Notes: a model not told the origin generated them from the letters alone. DNA of 64,000 nt from Elusimicrobiota bacterium (GCA_021730935.1 JAKFYJ010000015.1:6760-70759); one strand, 5' to 3'; counted from the first letter of the stretch, positions 28,799 to 42,056 are shown. Program-made: numbers and translations.

Positions 28799-29027
28799 TA
28801 TTCTGGAAGGGGCAAATCGCTCTGGCCGCGCCGCACTCAATGCAGTTCTCATAACCCACCACAATCTTCTTTTTCGATTCATCCCAGTCATAGACTTTCG
28901 CAGGACACACGGTCGTGCAGGGCTTGTCTTTGCATTTGAGGCAGAGATCGGGTTTGGGAATGGCAATGTGGCTCTGATGATCGTTTTTATATGTGAGGGT
29001 CCCAAGTTTTTCTTCGACGGAAGACAT
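28746..29027 (-). CDS. fixX: FixX-like ferredoxin
   Basis: C..C..KPC..VCPA.VY...YENCIECGA...CP...W..PRGGFGV.Y.YG. Confidence 0.88.
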   Translation of the reverse strand: MSSVEEKLGTLTYKNDHQSHIAIPKPDLCLKCKDKPCTTVCPAKVYDWDESKKKIVVGYENCIECGAARAICPFQNIKWEPPRGGFGVSYKYG

Positions 29028-29029
29028 GG

Positions 29030-30391
29030 TCAGTTCCCCTCCTTCGCGAGAGATTTAAATTTGAGAGCGCCTTTGAGAGCCTTCTTGCCCATGGCCATGA
29101 TGTTTGAGAATGTCAGCTCTGACTTGATGAGCTTGCGCACAGCCCTGTCGCGGAAAATCCGTTTCAATATGGCGGACTGGACATCGCGTTTGGGCCTGCC
29201 GTCCACATTGAAATATTCATAGGCGGAACGGCAGATGAGGTCCGGGATCACGGTGAGCAGTTCCGGGCGGGATTCCACTTCTTCTTCCAGATCCTTGTGA
29301 TCAAAGAGGTCCGGAATCACATAAGAATCCCGGAGTTTCTTCTGATAAAGCGAAAGTGTTTTGGAAGAAAAATCATTTTTCTTCTTGGCTTCAATGGCAG
29401 TCTCGGCCGCGAATTTTCCCGCGCTCATGGCAAGGTTGGACCCTTCGCGGTGAGACGGGTTCACCATTTGGGCCGCGTCGCCGCAGATCATGATTCCGTC
29501 CGCGAAAAGAGGCGGCATGGAATTGTATCCGCCTTCGGGGATGATGTGTCCGGAATATTCGAGCGGCTTGGCGTCTTTCAAAATCGGCCGCAGAACGGGG
29601 TGCTGTTTCAGCTGGTCCAAAAGCGCATACGGCGTGATGCCGGACTTCATGAAGTGGCTCACTTTGCAGCCGATCCCCAATGAAATGGATTCTTTGTTCG
29701 TGTACAAAAATCCGTATCCCAGCATTCCTTTGGTGATCTCGCCGAACATTTCAACGGTGGCCCCTTCGTTCGCTTCCAGGCAAAAACGGTCTTCCAGCTT
29801 TTCTCTGGGGAGGAAAAGGGTTTCTTTGACGCCGAGGGCAATCTCATCGGCGCGCCAATCGTCCATCATCCCGGCTTTCCGGGCGATCAAAGAATTGATG
29901 CCGTCGCAGGCGATCAGGACATCGCACAAGAGCTCGTCGCCTTCGCTCGTTTTCACGCCGACCACCTTGTTGCCCTTCTTGATGACGTCGGTGACCAGCA
30001 CGCCCGTATAAAGCTGGGCTCCGGCTTCTTCCGCTTTCTTGGAATACCAGCGGTCAAAATTGACGCGGATGATGCTGTAGCAATTGTGGGGTTCTTTGCG
30101 CCATTGCGCGGATTTAAATCCCACCTGGACGGCGGAATCTTCGGAGAGCACCATGATTTTCTGCTCGGTGATGGGCCGTTCGAGCGCGGCCTGAGGATCC
30201 TTCCAAAAATCGGGGATGACATCGTTCAGCATTTTGGTATAGAGGACGGCGCCCTGAACGTTTTTCGCTCCGGGATATTCTCCCCGCTCCAAAATGACGG
30301 TCGAAAGTCCTGCGCGCGCGGCGGTGATTGCGGCGGTGGTTCCCGCGGGTCCTGCGCCTACGATGATAACGTCAAATTTATCGTCTGCCAT
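29030..30391 (-). CDS. fixC: FixC-like FAD-dependent ETF:quinone oxidoreductase
   Basis: VGAGPAG, ERGEYPGAKN, ALGVKE, HIIPEGG, GDAA, EGSNLAM; adjacent to fixX. Confidence 0.88.
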   Translation of the reverse strand: MADDKFDVIIVGAGPAGTTAAITAARAGLSTVILERGEYPGAKNVQGAVLYTKMLNDVIPDFWKDPQAALERPITEQKIMVLSEDSAVQVGFKSAQWRKEPHNCYSIIRVNFDRWYSKKAEEAGAQLYTGVLVTDVIKKGNKVVGVKTSEGDELLCDVLIACDGINSLIARKAGMMDDWRADEIALGVKETLFLPREKLEDRFCLEANEGATVEMFGEITKGMLGYGFLYTNKESISLGIGCKVSHFMKSGITPYALLDQLKQHPVLRPILKDAKPLEYSGHIIPEGGYNSMPPLFADGIMICGDAAQMVNPSHREGSNLAMSAGKFAAETAIEAKKKNDFSSKTLSLYQKKLRDSYVIPDLFDHKDLEEEVESRPELLTVIPDLICRSAYEYFNVDGRPKRDVQSAILKRIFRDRAVRKLIKSELTFSNIMAMGKKALKGALKFKSLAKEGN

Positions 30392-30790
30392 TTACATGTA
30401 CGGGCGATATTTGAGATCTTTGATCCGCTCATCGCTCAATCCTTTTTTTACGGCCGCGACAAGGGCTTCAGCTTGAAATGGCTTGGTGAGGACCTGGGAG
30501 ACTTGGGCGAACTTATCGAACAGAGACAAGGCAGGTTTGAGCGCGGAAACAACGATCACGGGGAGCCGAAAAAGGCCTTCATCTTCCGAGAGACGGAGCT
30601 GGATGGTGTATCCGTCCATTCCGGGGAGCATGACGTCCAGGATCAGGAGGTCGGGTTTTTCAGTTTTGAGCTTATTGAAGGCGTCAGGCCCTGTCTCTGC
30701 CGTGATGACCTTGTGCCCTTCGCGCTCGAGAACAAAAGAGCAAAACTGGGCAATGGTGGTTTCGTCGTCAGCGATCAGTATTTTTGCCAT
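30392..30790 (-). CDS. Single-domain response regulator
   Basis: ILIADDE, DLLILDVMLPGMDG, KPF. Confidence 0.9.
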   Translation of the reverse strand: MAKILIADDETTIAQFCSFVLEREGHKVITAETGPDAFNKLKTEKPDLLILDVMLPGMDGYTIQLRLSEDEGLFRLPVIVVSALKPALSLFDKFAQVSQVLTKPFQAEALVAAVKKGLSDERIKDLKYRPYM

Positions 30791-30799
30791 AGACCTCGT

Positions 30800-31366
30800 T
30801 TATTGAGCTTCGAAAAGCTCCTTATATCTTGCGGGATACTTTTCCTTGAACTGGGCCAAAAGTTTTTTGCGGTGTTCCGCCCAGGCTTTGGCGTTGGCTC
30901 CGGTCTTTCTTTTTTTGGAATCGTCGCGGAGGAAAGTGAATATTTTTCTGCCGTCAGCATCGGCGATGGCGCATCCGGGCTTGGACATCATGCGCTTCAC
31001 ATATCTCTGCCAGATGCTGTCTTCCACCTGCCAAACAAGCTTGTCTTTAAAAATTTCGGGGTTGGAGGTCTTCATTGAAGCCTGCTCTTCGGGTTTGAGC
31101 TGTAAGAACTGAGAATTCAGGGGCCGTGAAGGCGTGTGGCACCGGGAACATTTGTCCTGCAGAAGTTTATACCCGGCCTGCTGTTCAGGCGTGTATCCGG
31201 AGACGTCAATTTTGTCCGGACCGAAATCGTTGGGATAAGGATTTTTCAAAGCTTTTTCTTTTTCGAGTTCAGCCGCAGACTTCGCACCTTCGGAAAAAGC
31301 GGGGAAATTCAAAACTGAAACTGTGACCAATGCCGCGAACGCCGCAACGACTAATTTTTTATTCAT
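30800..31366 (-). CDS. Monoheme c-type cytochrome (PscC/c551 heme-domain-like)
   Basis: Signal peptide; CSRCH; W.RYVKRMMSKPG with candidate Met ligand. Confidence 0.8.
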   Translation of the reverse strand: MNKKLVVAAFAALVTVSVLNFPAFSEGAKSAAELEKEKALKNPYPNDFGPDKIDVSGYTPEQQAGYKLLQDKCSRCHTPSRPLNSQFLQLKPEEQASMKTSNPEIFKDKLVWQVEDSIWQRYVKRMMSKPGCAIADADGRKIFTFLRDDSKKRKTGANAKAWAEHRKKLLAQFKEKYPARYKELFEAQ

Positions 31367-31369
31367 GAC

Positions 31370-32749
31370 TTACCAAGCCTCCTGTTTTTCAGCGATGCTG
31401 AATAAATATGCTACTAAATTTTCCAACTCCTTGCCTTTGATCCGCTCTTTAAACGGCGGCATGAAGAGAGGGGGAGTGGGCCCCTTTTCGTCTTCCTTGG
31501 CTTCGGGGTTTACGCCCACCTGAATCTTTTTGATGAGTTCCTCTTTCGTGAAAGTTCCCACCGTTTTCACGAGGTTGGGGACATAAGTTCCCTGGCGGTT
31601 ATAAACGGCGATGCCGTGATTGGCGTCTTTGCCGTGGCAGGATACACAGCCATATTTCTGGAACACATAACGCCCGTGCTGGGTGGCGGAAGCAAACTGA
31701 GGTTCCGGCTCTTTGGGGGCGGTCACGCGATAACTATAAGGAATGGATTTTTCGCTCTTGAGCGACATCACATACGCCGTGAGAGATTCTGTTTCCTCGT
31801 GGTTAAATCCGAAATAAGGCATGGCGCTTGGAGGAACCGGCTGAGGGTTCTTGGGGTCCGCGGAGAGATGGCCTTCGGGATCTCCGGGAGTGATCACCGC
31901 CGGGTTCGTCGCGAAGTGGAGGCGGATCCAGTTTTCCAAAATTCTTTCGTTCTTGGTGATGAGTCCTGCCTGAACCGCAGGTCCGAAATCAATGCGAGTG
32001 ACGGGTTTGACGGAAGTTTCCACCGCGAGGTCAGGCGCAATGGGGCCGCCGTCGCCGTTCACCTGGTGGCAACCCACGCACCCGTTTTCAAAAAATGTTT
32101 GTTTGCCCTTTTTCACGATGTCCATTCCGGGAACCTTGGGCATGGCTTCGTGACACTTGGAGCAGGACGCATAAATCAAGGGGCCGGCTTTCATGGGATT
32201 TTCCCAATATTCAACCACTTCCCAATCATGTTTATGTTTCCACTCCTCTTTCTGCTCGGGAGATGCAGGCATGTGGCCCGCGCCGACGAAAGTGGTGGCC
32301 AGTCCCTGCCCTTCGTGACAGACGGTGCAGCCGTATTTTTCAAAAGGATGTTTTTTGTGGATGTCGTTGTCGGGCGCGGCAAAAGGATGATCGGGGAAAT
32401 CGTTGGTCAGGGACGGATTCACGAGAGAATCGTGGCCCTGGTGGCAAGTGACGCATCGGTCAACGCGGTGCAAGTCGGTGAGCAAAATTTGTTTTACTTC
32501 GGGTGAGCGGCGCTTGACCGCTTTGAGCTCGTCCGTGAACGCTTCTTTGCCCTTTTCGTCAACCGCTTCCATCTTCTTTTTGATGGATTCGATCTGGCGT
32601 TTTTTATATTCCGCCTGATACGGTTTCCATTCGCGGAAAAAATCCTGATAGAGCACGACAAGGAAGAGAGCCAGGGCGAGGAAATTCCCGAGAAAGAAAA
32701 GGTTTTTGAGAGTGAAAAGTTTGTTGAAGAAGAATTCTTTAAATTTCAA
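31370..32749 (-). CDS. Membrane-anchored pentaheme cytochrome c
   Basis: N-terminal TM; five CxxCH motifs: CVTCH, CTVCH, CSKCH, CVGCH, CVSCH. Confidence 0.9.
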   Translation of the reverse strand: MKFKEFFFNKLFTLKNLFFLGNFLALALFLVVLYQDFFREWKPYQAEYKKRQIESIKKKMEAVDEKGKEAFTDELKAVKRRSPEVKQILLTDLHRVDRCVTCHQGHDSLVNPSLTNDFPDHPFAAPDNDIHKKHPFEKYGCTVCHEGQGLATTFVGAGHMPASPEQKEEWKHKHDWEVVEYWENPMKAGPLIYASCSKCHEAMPKVPGMDIVKKGKQTFFENGCVGCHQVNGDGGPIAPDLAVETSVKPVTRIDFGPAVQAGLITKNERILENWIRLHFATNPAVITPGDPEGHLSADPKNPQPVPPSAMPYFGFNHEETESLTAYVMSLKSEKSIPYSYRVTAPKEPEPQFASATQHGRYVFQKYGCVSCHGKDANHGIAVYNRQGTYVPNLVKTVGTFTKEELIKKIQVGVNPEAKEDEKGPTPPLFMPPFKERIKGKELENLVAYLFSIAEKQEAW

Positions 32750-32755
32750 TGGAGT

Positions 32756-34405
32756 TTATATGCTGAACCCGAATTGTTTCAAGCTGAAAATATATTTGAT
32801 GTTGAAGCCCAGACGGAGTCCGACTTTGAGAAGCACGCCGATGGTCATGAGGAGAAACACCATCGAAATCGCATATCTCGGCCAGGCGGCATTGCGGATA
32901 TACTTCTGCGGGACCAGAACGCCCAGGATATAATAAAGCCCGGCCGCAAAAACAATCCAAAGGACCTGGGTCCATTCCATGGGCTGGCCGGACCATTTTT
33001 CGATCAGCCCTGAACCGATAAACTTGAGGAGGACAGCGCCCGCGAGAATCGCGCCCAATCCCGTCCACACCATTTTTTTGAAAGGCAATTCTTTCTGAAT
33101 GAGTTTCGGGAGCGCCACTCCGAGAGTGAAATATCCGCCCATGAGGATGATGCCCAAAGCGTTCGGGAGACTCCAGGTGGGCGGAGGCGGAGGCTTGTGG
33201 TGGAGCCAGTTTTCCCAGGGCCAATACCAGCCCCAGTTGGGTCCGCGCATGTAGGTTCCGATCACGATCAGGATAAACCAAAGGGCGATGCCGAATATAA
33301 AAAATGTGTTGGCGAAAGGTCTTTCCTTAATTGAATAATATCCCACGCCTTCAGGATTGTTGTCGACATAAGGAATCGCCATGAGGCCCGTCAGAATCAA
33401 TGTCGGCAACAGCACTCCGGCCATCCAGGGATCAAAATAGACGAGAAGTTCCTGAAGTCCAAGGAAATACCAGGGCGCTTTCGCTGGGTTGGGCGTGACA
33501 TTGAGGTTCGCTTCTTCTTCAAGAGGCGCTTGCACCCAGATGGAGAGGCCGATGAGGAGCGCGATGAAAAGGATGGACATCATGTATTCGCGCACGACGA
33601 GGTTGGGCCAGACATCCACTTTCTCTTCATTTTTATTCTTAAGATCGAGAGGCGCCGCAGAAAATCCGTCTTTACGAATGCGCCAGAAGTGAACGATCAT
33701 AAACACCCCCGCTAGGAAAGGGAAAGCGATGCAGTGAAGGACATAAAAACGGAGGAGCGCCGTTTCGCCGACATAGGTTCCGCCCAGAAGCATGAAGCGG
33801 GCATCGTTTTTCAGGTTCATGATGGAGAAAGGACCTTCGGCGCCAAGGATGGGCGTGTTTGAAGCCATGTTGGAACCCACCGTAATCGCCCAAATAGCGA
33901 TCTGGTCCCAAGGGAGCAGATATCCGCTGAATGACAGAAGAAGCGTCAGCAAAAGCAGGACAACGCCCACCACCCAGTTGAACTCGCGGGGCGATTTATA
34001 GGAAGCGGTGAGAAAAACACGGATCATGTGGAAGATCACGATCAAAACCATGAGCTGGGCCGCCCAGCGGTGAAAATTGCGCCAGAACTGACCTGTGGTG
34101 ACGACGAACTGCAAATCTTTGATGTCCTGATAAGCCAGATTTACCGTCGGGCGATAATAAAACATGAGCAAAATTCCGGAAACGGTGAGGAGGAAGAAAA
34201 GCCCGAAAGAAAGGCCGCCCAAACCCCAGGTGTATGTGAACTTGACGGCGCGTTTACGGAGTTTCGCGGGGTGAAGGTGGAGCCAGACATTGCCGATGAT
34301 ATGCTGGGCGCGGTCGCGCGGCGTGTCGTGCCATTTGCCGCCCCGGAACATGGAGCGCCAGATCTGGCTGTCGATGATTTGTTTTTTTATTTCTTCAACG
34401 GACAT
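32756..34405 (-). CDS. Cytochrome b of a Rieske/cytb complex (b6-like and subunit IV-like parts in one chain)
   Basis: [31 protein letters not shown]...[20 protein letters not shown]. Confidence 0.92.
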   Translation of the reverse strand: MSVEEIKKQIIDSQIWRSMFRGGKWHDTPRDRAQHIIGNVWLHLHPAKLRKRAVKFTYTWGLGGLSFGLFFLLTVSGILLMFYYRPTVNLAYQDIKDLQFVVTTGQFWRNFHRWAAQLMVLIVIFHMIRVFLTASYKSPREFNWVVGVVLLLLTLLLSFSGYLLPWDQIAIWAITVGSNMASNTPILGAEGPFSIMNLKNDARFMLLGGTYVGETALLRFYVLHCIAFPFLAGVFMIVHFWRIRKDGFSAAPLDLKNKNEEKVDVWPNLVVREYMMSILFIALLIGLSIWVQAPLEEEANLNVTPNPAKAPWYFLGLQELLVYFDPWMAGVLLPTLILTGLMAIPYVDNNPEGVGYYSIKERPFANTFFIFGIALWFILIVIGTYMRGPNWGWYWPWENWLHHKPPPPPTWSLPNALGIILMGGYFTLGVALPKLIQKELPFKKMVWTGLGAILAGAVLLKFIGSGLIEKWSGQPMEWTQVLWIVFAAGLYYILGVLVPQKYIRNAAWPRYAISMVFLLMTIGVLLKVGLRLGFNIKYIFSLKQFGFSI

Positions 34406-34408
34406 TTT

Positions 34409-34966
34409 TTATGCCTTCGCCGTGAGGTCAATCATGAACTGTCTTTTGTCGCGGAATCCGGGACGCGTTTCAAGGATGGATTTGTCCACCAAAATTTCTC
34501 CGGTCGGCAAGAGAGCCACCGCACAGCGGTTCAAAGGTTTGGGCGCGGGGCCCGCAATCACGTCGCCTTCGATGCTGAAATTGGATCCGTGGCAAGGGCA
34601 TTTGAATCGGTTTTCGGCGTCGAACCAGTTGGGCGTGCATCCCAAGTGCGTGCACCGCGCCCAGAAAGCATAAAGAGAAGTGGGGGTTTTCACGATCCAG
34701 ACGCGGAACTCTTTGGTGAGCTTGGTGGAAACGCCCAGAGGAAAATCTTCGGGCCGGCCGGCTTTAAAAATCTGGGAGGGTTCATAAAGAACATTGGGAA
34801 GCATGAATTTTCCAACCGCGCCCGCGGCGGAACCCATGAAGGCGGCGAACATGCCCCAGCCCATCCACAGGAAATTCCTGCGCGTGACGGGTTTGGCCAT
34901 CAACACAGGCGCGGTTGCCGGTGCAGGAGCGGGGTTCGAAGGTTGGTTAGGTTTATTTTCTTCCAC
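34409..34966 (-). CDS. Rieske [2Fe-2S] protein, Tat-exported
   Basis: TRRNFL Tat motif; CTHLGC and CPCHGS; GPAPKPL. Confidence 0.95.
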   Translation of the reverse strand: MEENKPNQPSNPAPAPATAPVLMAKPVTRRNFLWMGWGMFAAFMGSAAGAVGKFMLPNVLYEPSQIFKAGRPEDFPLGVSTKLTKEFRVWIVKTPTSLYAFWARCTHLGCTPNWFDAENRFKCPCHGSNFSIEGDVIAGPAPKPLNRCAVALLPTGEILVDKSILETRPGFRDKRQFMIDLTAKA

Positions 34967-34987
34967 GGGTTTTTAATTGAAGGGCTT

Positions 34988-35015
34988 ATTATATAAAAAA
35001 ACGACAGCGTGTCAA
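34988..35015 (-). promoter_or_regulatory. Consensus sigma70 promoter of the Rieske/cytb-fixCX operon
   Basis: TTGACA-16-TATAAT on the minus strand. Confidence 0.75.
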
Positions 35016-35039
35016 AGGGAATTGCCGCATGAATTTCCC

Positions 35040-37724
<2,685 letters not shown>

Positions 37725-37728
<4 letters not shown>

Positions 37729-38858
37729 GGCTTTTTTACGATAATAGCGCCGATCGGGCCGCCGAACCCAAACGAAAGAGACATCGCGTGAGTCATGGCC
37801 CGGGATTTCCCGCGCTTGGGAGTATAATCCAGATCGCAGGCGGGATCCGGGTTTGTGAGCCCCGCAGTCGGTGGAACAAATTGATCTCTCAATGCCAGGC
37901 ACGTCATGCCAAGTTCAACGCTCCCTGCCGCGCCCAAAAGATGTCCCGTGGACGCCTTGGTGCTGGAAAATGAAATGTGTTTGAGAGAGTCTTTAAAAAT
38001 ATTTTTTACGGCCAAAGTTTCGATGACATCGTTCGATTCTGTTCCTGTGCCGTGCAGATTCACATAATCGATTTTGTCCGGCGTCAAAGACGCGTCTTTC
38101 AAAGCTCGGGCAACCACGCTCGCGACGGAACTTCCGTCTTCTTTGAACCGCGTGGGATGAGTCGAATCCGAACCCACGGCACAGCCGGAGATTTCCGCAA
38201 TAATATTGGCTCCGCGCGACAAGGCATCAGATTTTCTCTCAAGGATGACAATGCCCGCGCCCTCGCCCATTAAAAATCCGTCCCGCGTATGGTCGAAAGG
38301 TTTGGGCTCTTTGGACAACACTCCCATGTTTTTAAAGCCCGAAATGGTGAGAGGATTCAGAGACGATTCACAGGATCCCGCGATCACGATTTTACACAGA
38401 CCTTCCTGGAGCCAGCGGGACCCGGCCAGAACTGAATGAATTCCTGTGGCGCAGGCGGCCACAAAATTTTGGGTCGGCCCCTCGATGTCGAGCTTTTCCA
38501 GCAAATATTGTCCAACGGATTCCGCGTGGATCGGCTCATCAATTCCGTCCTGAAAAATAGGCTTTGAAACTGAAACGGAACAGCCGATGTCTTCGGGCAG
38601 ATAGTCATCGATATCAATCTGCGCGTGGTTGAGAGCTTCGTGCGCCGAGCTCAAAGCGATCGGGAAAATTCTGTGTCTTGCCTGAGGGGCGAGGAAAGGG
38701 GCGGTCCTCACATAAAGCCCGAGATTTTCAGAAAACTCCAGAGCGTTTTGAACCGCGGAAACGCTTTGACCCATCTTGACATAACCCCAGGTCTTTTCGC
38801 GCGCACATCCCAATGGCGTGATCAGCCCGATTCCCGTGATCACAATGCTTTCCCGCAT
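37725..38858 (-). CDS. Beta-ketoacyl-ACP synthase (FabF-like) within the bio operon
   Basis: ACATG (Cys), HGTGT, STKASTGHLLGAAG, SFGFGG; short at 377 aa. Confidence 0.9.
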
Positions 38859-39593
38859 TTAAATCACTCTCGATTCGAAATTATAAACCTGACCGCTCGC
38901 GGACTTCTGCTTGGCGATGAACAAAACAAACTGCGCGAGCTCGCGGATGTCCGTCAGGCGTTCCAGAGTGTGTTCGGAGCGGATCCGCTCTTCATATTTT
39001 CCCCACACTTCGCGGCCCATGTCCGTCAGATGAAACCCAGGCAAAATTGCGTTCACGCGGACATTGAACCGTCCCAACTCTTTCGCGGCGGATTTTGTGA
39101 GAGCGATCACTCCCGCCTTGGCCGCGGCATAATTTGCGTTCCCGATGGAGCCCCGCATGGCGACGATGGAGGAAATATTGAGGATCGCGCCTTCTTTTTG
39201 CTCAACCATAATTTTGGAACAATCCCTCAGGCACCAGAAGGATCCGCTCAAATTTGTCTGCAGCACCTCGTTCCATTCTGCGTCGGTCATTTTGAGGATG
39301 GTGCGGTCTCGCGTGATGCCGGCATTGTTGACCAGGACATCGATCCTGCCCCATTGTTTCATCACTTTTTGAATCATATCCTGAACCTGCTGAGAATCTC
39401 CGACGTCGGCTTTGACAACAAGTGGTTTTCCGCCCAGCTGAGTGGTTTGTTTCTCCACTTCCCGCGCCTTGGCTTCATTCAGATGATAGTTGAGCGCAAG
39501 GCGGAACCCATCACGAGCGAAAGCCAGGGCAATTTCTTTCCCGATGCCTCGGGAAGCCCCTGTGATGAGCGCGACGGGAGCGTCAATCATCAT
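38859..39593 (-). CDS. 3-oxoacyl-ACP reductase (FabG-like) within the bio operon
   Basis: TGASRGIG, NNAG, YAAAK, VNAILPG. Confidence 0.9.
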   Translation of the reverse strand: MMIDAPVALITGASRGIGKEIALAFARDGFRLALNYHLNEAKAREVEKQTTQLGGKPLVVKADVGDSQQVQDMIQKVMKQWGRIDVLVNNAGITRDRTILKMTDAEWNEVLQTNLSGSFWCLRDCSKIMVEQKEGAILNISSIVAMRGSIGNANYAAAKAGVIALTKSAAKELGRFNVRVNAILPGFHLTDMGREVWGKYEERIRSEHTLERLTDIRELAQFVLFIAKQKSASGQVYNFESRVI

Positions 39594-39599
39594 GTCTGT

Positions 39600-40634
39600 T
39601 TATTTGAGCTGGACGGCAAACGCCCCGTCCGTCGAATGAGATGCATGTGTCATGTCAGGATCCTGCCCTTCAATTTCAAAACCCAGGTCCCGGATCATAT
39701 TGAGGTCTTCTTCCGGTTTCTGACCTTTGGTCGTGAGATAATCCCCGACGAAAATGGAGTTGGCGACATAAAGCCCGAGCGGCTGGAGCCACCGCAGCTG
39801 GACTTCGCGTCCGCCGGCGATCCGAATTTCAGAAGCGGGATTCAAAAATCTGAAGAGACAGAGGATCTTGAGGCATTTTTGCGGCGTGAGATGTTTCAGC
39901 TCCGCAAGCGGCGTCCCTTCGATCGGGATCAGGAAATTGATGGGAATGGAGTCCACATTCATGCCGCGCAAGGTATACGCCAGCTCAACGATGTCGCTGT
40001 CAGGTTCTCCCATTCCGAAAAGGCATCCGCTGCAGGACGATAACCCATGCTCTTTCGCCGTGCTGACGGTGCCGAGCCGGTCTTTATAGGTGTGAGTCGA
40101 GCATATCGATGAATAATGATTTTCGGTCGTGTTCACATTGTGGTTATAAGCGTCCACTCCGGCTTCTTTCAAGGCCTGGGCCTGTTTGGGCGCAAGCAAT
40201 CCAAGACAGACGCAGACTTCGAGTTCAGGATAATTTTCCCGGACTTTGCGGACCGCGGAAGAAACCTGCTCGATCTCTCCGTCTGTGGGACCCCGTCCGG
40301 AATTCACCATGCAGAACCGTTTGGCTTTGGAGTCCCTGGCGCGAGCGGCCGCCGAAAGAATATCCTCCTCCGAGAGAAAAACATATTTTTCGATGCCCGC
40401 CTTGGAAATTTTGGACTGGGAACAATAGGAGCAGTCTTCCGGACAAAGACCGGACTTGGCGTTCAGCAAAAAATTGAGTTTGACGCGTTTGCCGAAATGC
40501 CTGAACCGGACTTTGGAAGCCGCGGCCAGGAGGGGCAGAATTTCGTCATCGCCCGCGTTCAGCACCGCAAACGCCTCTTCGCGCGTGAGCTCGTTTCCTT
40601 CAAGGGATTTTGATGCAAGTTCGTTCCAGTTCAT
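39600..40634 (-). CDS. bioB: Biotin synthase
   Basis: KSGLCPEDCSYCSQS, YNHN, SIPINFL, RIAGGRE, GDYLTT; start at MNWNEL, right after the upstream stop. Confidence 0.96.
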   Translation of the reverse strand: MNWNELASKSLEGNELTREEAFAVLNAGDDEILPLLAAASKVRFRHFGKRVKLNFLLNAKSGLCPEDCSYCSQSKISKAGIEKYVFLSEEDILSAAARARDSKAKRFCMVNSGRGPTDGEIEQVSSAVRKVRENYPELEVCVCLGLLAPKQAQALKEAGVDAYNHNVNTTENHYSSICSTHTYKDRLGTVSTAKEHGLSSCSGCLFGMGEPDSDIVELAYTLRGMNVDSIPINFLIPIEGTPLAELKHLTPQKCLKILCLFRFLNPASEIRIAGGREVQLRWLQPLGLYVANSIFVGDYLTTKGQKPEEDLNMIRDLGFEIEGQDPDMTHASHSTDGAFAVQLK

Positions 40635-40635
40635 T

Positions 40636-42021
40636 TCATCCGCCTTTGGGCTTTCCGATTTTTTCGTAACCCTTTTCGACATAATTCGTCAAATAATTTT
40701 TTGAATACGCATAATTGGGATCAAGCTTAAGTGAATTTTCAAAAGCCATTTTTGATTTATCCAGGTATTCGACGCGGGACTCATGCGCGGTCCATAAAAT
40801 CCAATATGCCGCCCCCAAACCGGCAAAATACGACGGCTCAGTCGGATCAAGTTCAACCGTTCTTTGATAAAGGGCGGCCGCATCTTCATATTTGCCGATC
40901 GAATAGGCATATGTGCCTGATTCATAAAACGCCGTTATCCAATTGCCCGTTGCGATTCCCACAAGGTTAAATTTCAAAAGTTCTTTCATTTGATCCAAAG
41001 CCGCGTCCGGCTTTTTTGCCTGAGTCGCGATTTGCACATAACGGAATCGGTTCCTCAGGTCATTGGGAAATGTTGAAAAATAAATTTGATAGGCTCCCTC
41101 AATGTCTTTCCACACATTATCCTGGCTCAAATATTTTGCTTCAGCGGGTTTGTCCTTCCCGGCCGCCAGCCAGAAAGCGCTTTCAATCTCAGAATGTGTT
41201 TCAGGAATGATCAAATAAAGCGCAGGATGGCGAAGGGCGTCTTTGCGGCACTCCTCAGCGAAATCAAGCATCTGTTCAGTCGAGCCCCCCCATCTGGGCT
41301 GCAAATAATTCAACTTGATGAAACAGGCGTTTAAGTTCCCCGGATCGGAGGCCATGGCTCTTTGAAAGTATTTTTCTTTATCTTTATAGGGACGGTTCTG
41401 TCCCAAAGCGACCGTCATCATATAACAGGATGAATACGGATTGTTTTTGTTTAAGCGGTAAGATTCTTCCAGGTCTTCTTCGGCCAGTTTCAGTCGCTTC
41501 ATGAAAAGTTTCCAGCCGACTTTGGAAACGTTCTGCGCAAAACTATACCCCCGCGCCTCCCAAGCATAGTGCACATAAAATCCCCCTCGGACCAGAAACG
41601 GAACATGAGAACCGGCGGACTTATCGCACCACTCATTCAGGGTTGAAAGAATTTCCGACACTTTCATTTTAGACACTGTTTTCACATAGTCCTCAGAAAG
41701 CGCTTCCAATAAACGATCAAGGATATTCATTGAATTCCTGTCGCCGCCTCGCGCCAGGTTCAGCAACCGCTCAACTTCCCGTTCCACTGCAGAAAAATCT
41801 TTTTGGATATACAGCGTTTTTATCCAGGGCGTAAAATCATAGCTTTGAACAACGATCAATGGCGCTGGGTCGGCGGCGGTCGGGGTTGTGACCATTTTAG
41901 CCAGATCAGGCGCATGTTTAGGGAGTTGGTATTCGAACTTGCGCAGCATCCCCCTGTTGGCATATATTCCGGCAGATAGAACCGCGAACAACAATGCGAG
42001 CAAAATAAATAATCGTTTCAT
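40636..42021 (-). CDS. Exported/anchored DUF4034-like protein with TPR repeats
   Basis: N-terminal hydrophobic leader; YAWEARG..FA, YLQPRWGGS..M..FA; C-terminal TPRs; GGAGG SD. Confidence 0.7.
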   Translation of the reverse strand: MKRLFILLALLFAVLSAGIYANRGMLRKFEYQLPKHAPDLAKMVTTPTAADPAPLIVVQSYDFTPWIKTLYIQKDFSAVEREVERLLNLARGGDRNSMNILDRLLEALSEDYVKTVSKMKVSEILSTLNEWCDKSAGSHVPFLVRGGFYVHYAWEARGYSFAQNVSKVGWKLFMKRLKLAEEDLEESYRLNKNNPYSSCYMMTVALGQNRPYKDKEKYFQRAMASDPGNLNACFIKLNYLQPRWGGSTEQMLDFAEECRKDALRHPALYLIIPETHSEIESAFWLAAGKDKPAEAKYLSQDNVWKDIEGAYQIYFSTFPNDLRNRFRYVQIATQAKKPDAALDQMKELLKFNLVGIATGNWITAFYESGTYAYSIGKYEDAAALYQRTVELDPTEPSYFAGLGAAYWILWTAHESRVEYLDKSKMAFENSLKLDPNYAYSKNYLTNYVEKGYEKIGKPKGG

Positions 42022-42022
42022 A

Positions 42023-42056
42023 TTGTCAACCTCCATTGGCGCCTCAAGGTTGACAA
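42023..42056. promoter_or_regulatory. BirA (biotin repressor) operator
   Basis: Perfect TTGTCAACC-N16-GGTTGACAA; the inverted repeat extends to 12 bp; lies directly upstream of the bio gene string. Confidence 0.85.

Noticed and set aside
30800-31366. Photosynthesis implied by a PscC-like cytochrome
   Set aside because: There are no reaction-centre or chlorophyll genes here, and this heme domain also occurs in non-phototrophs.
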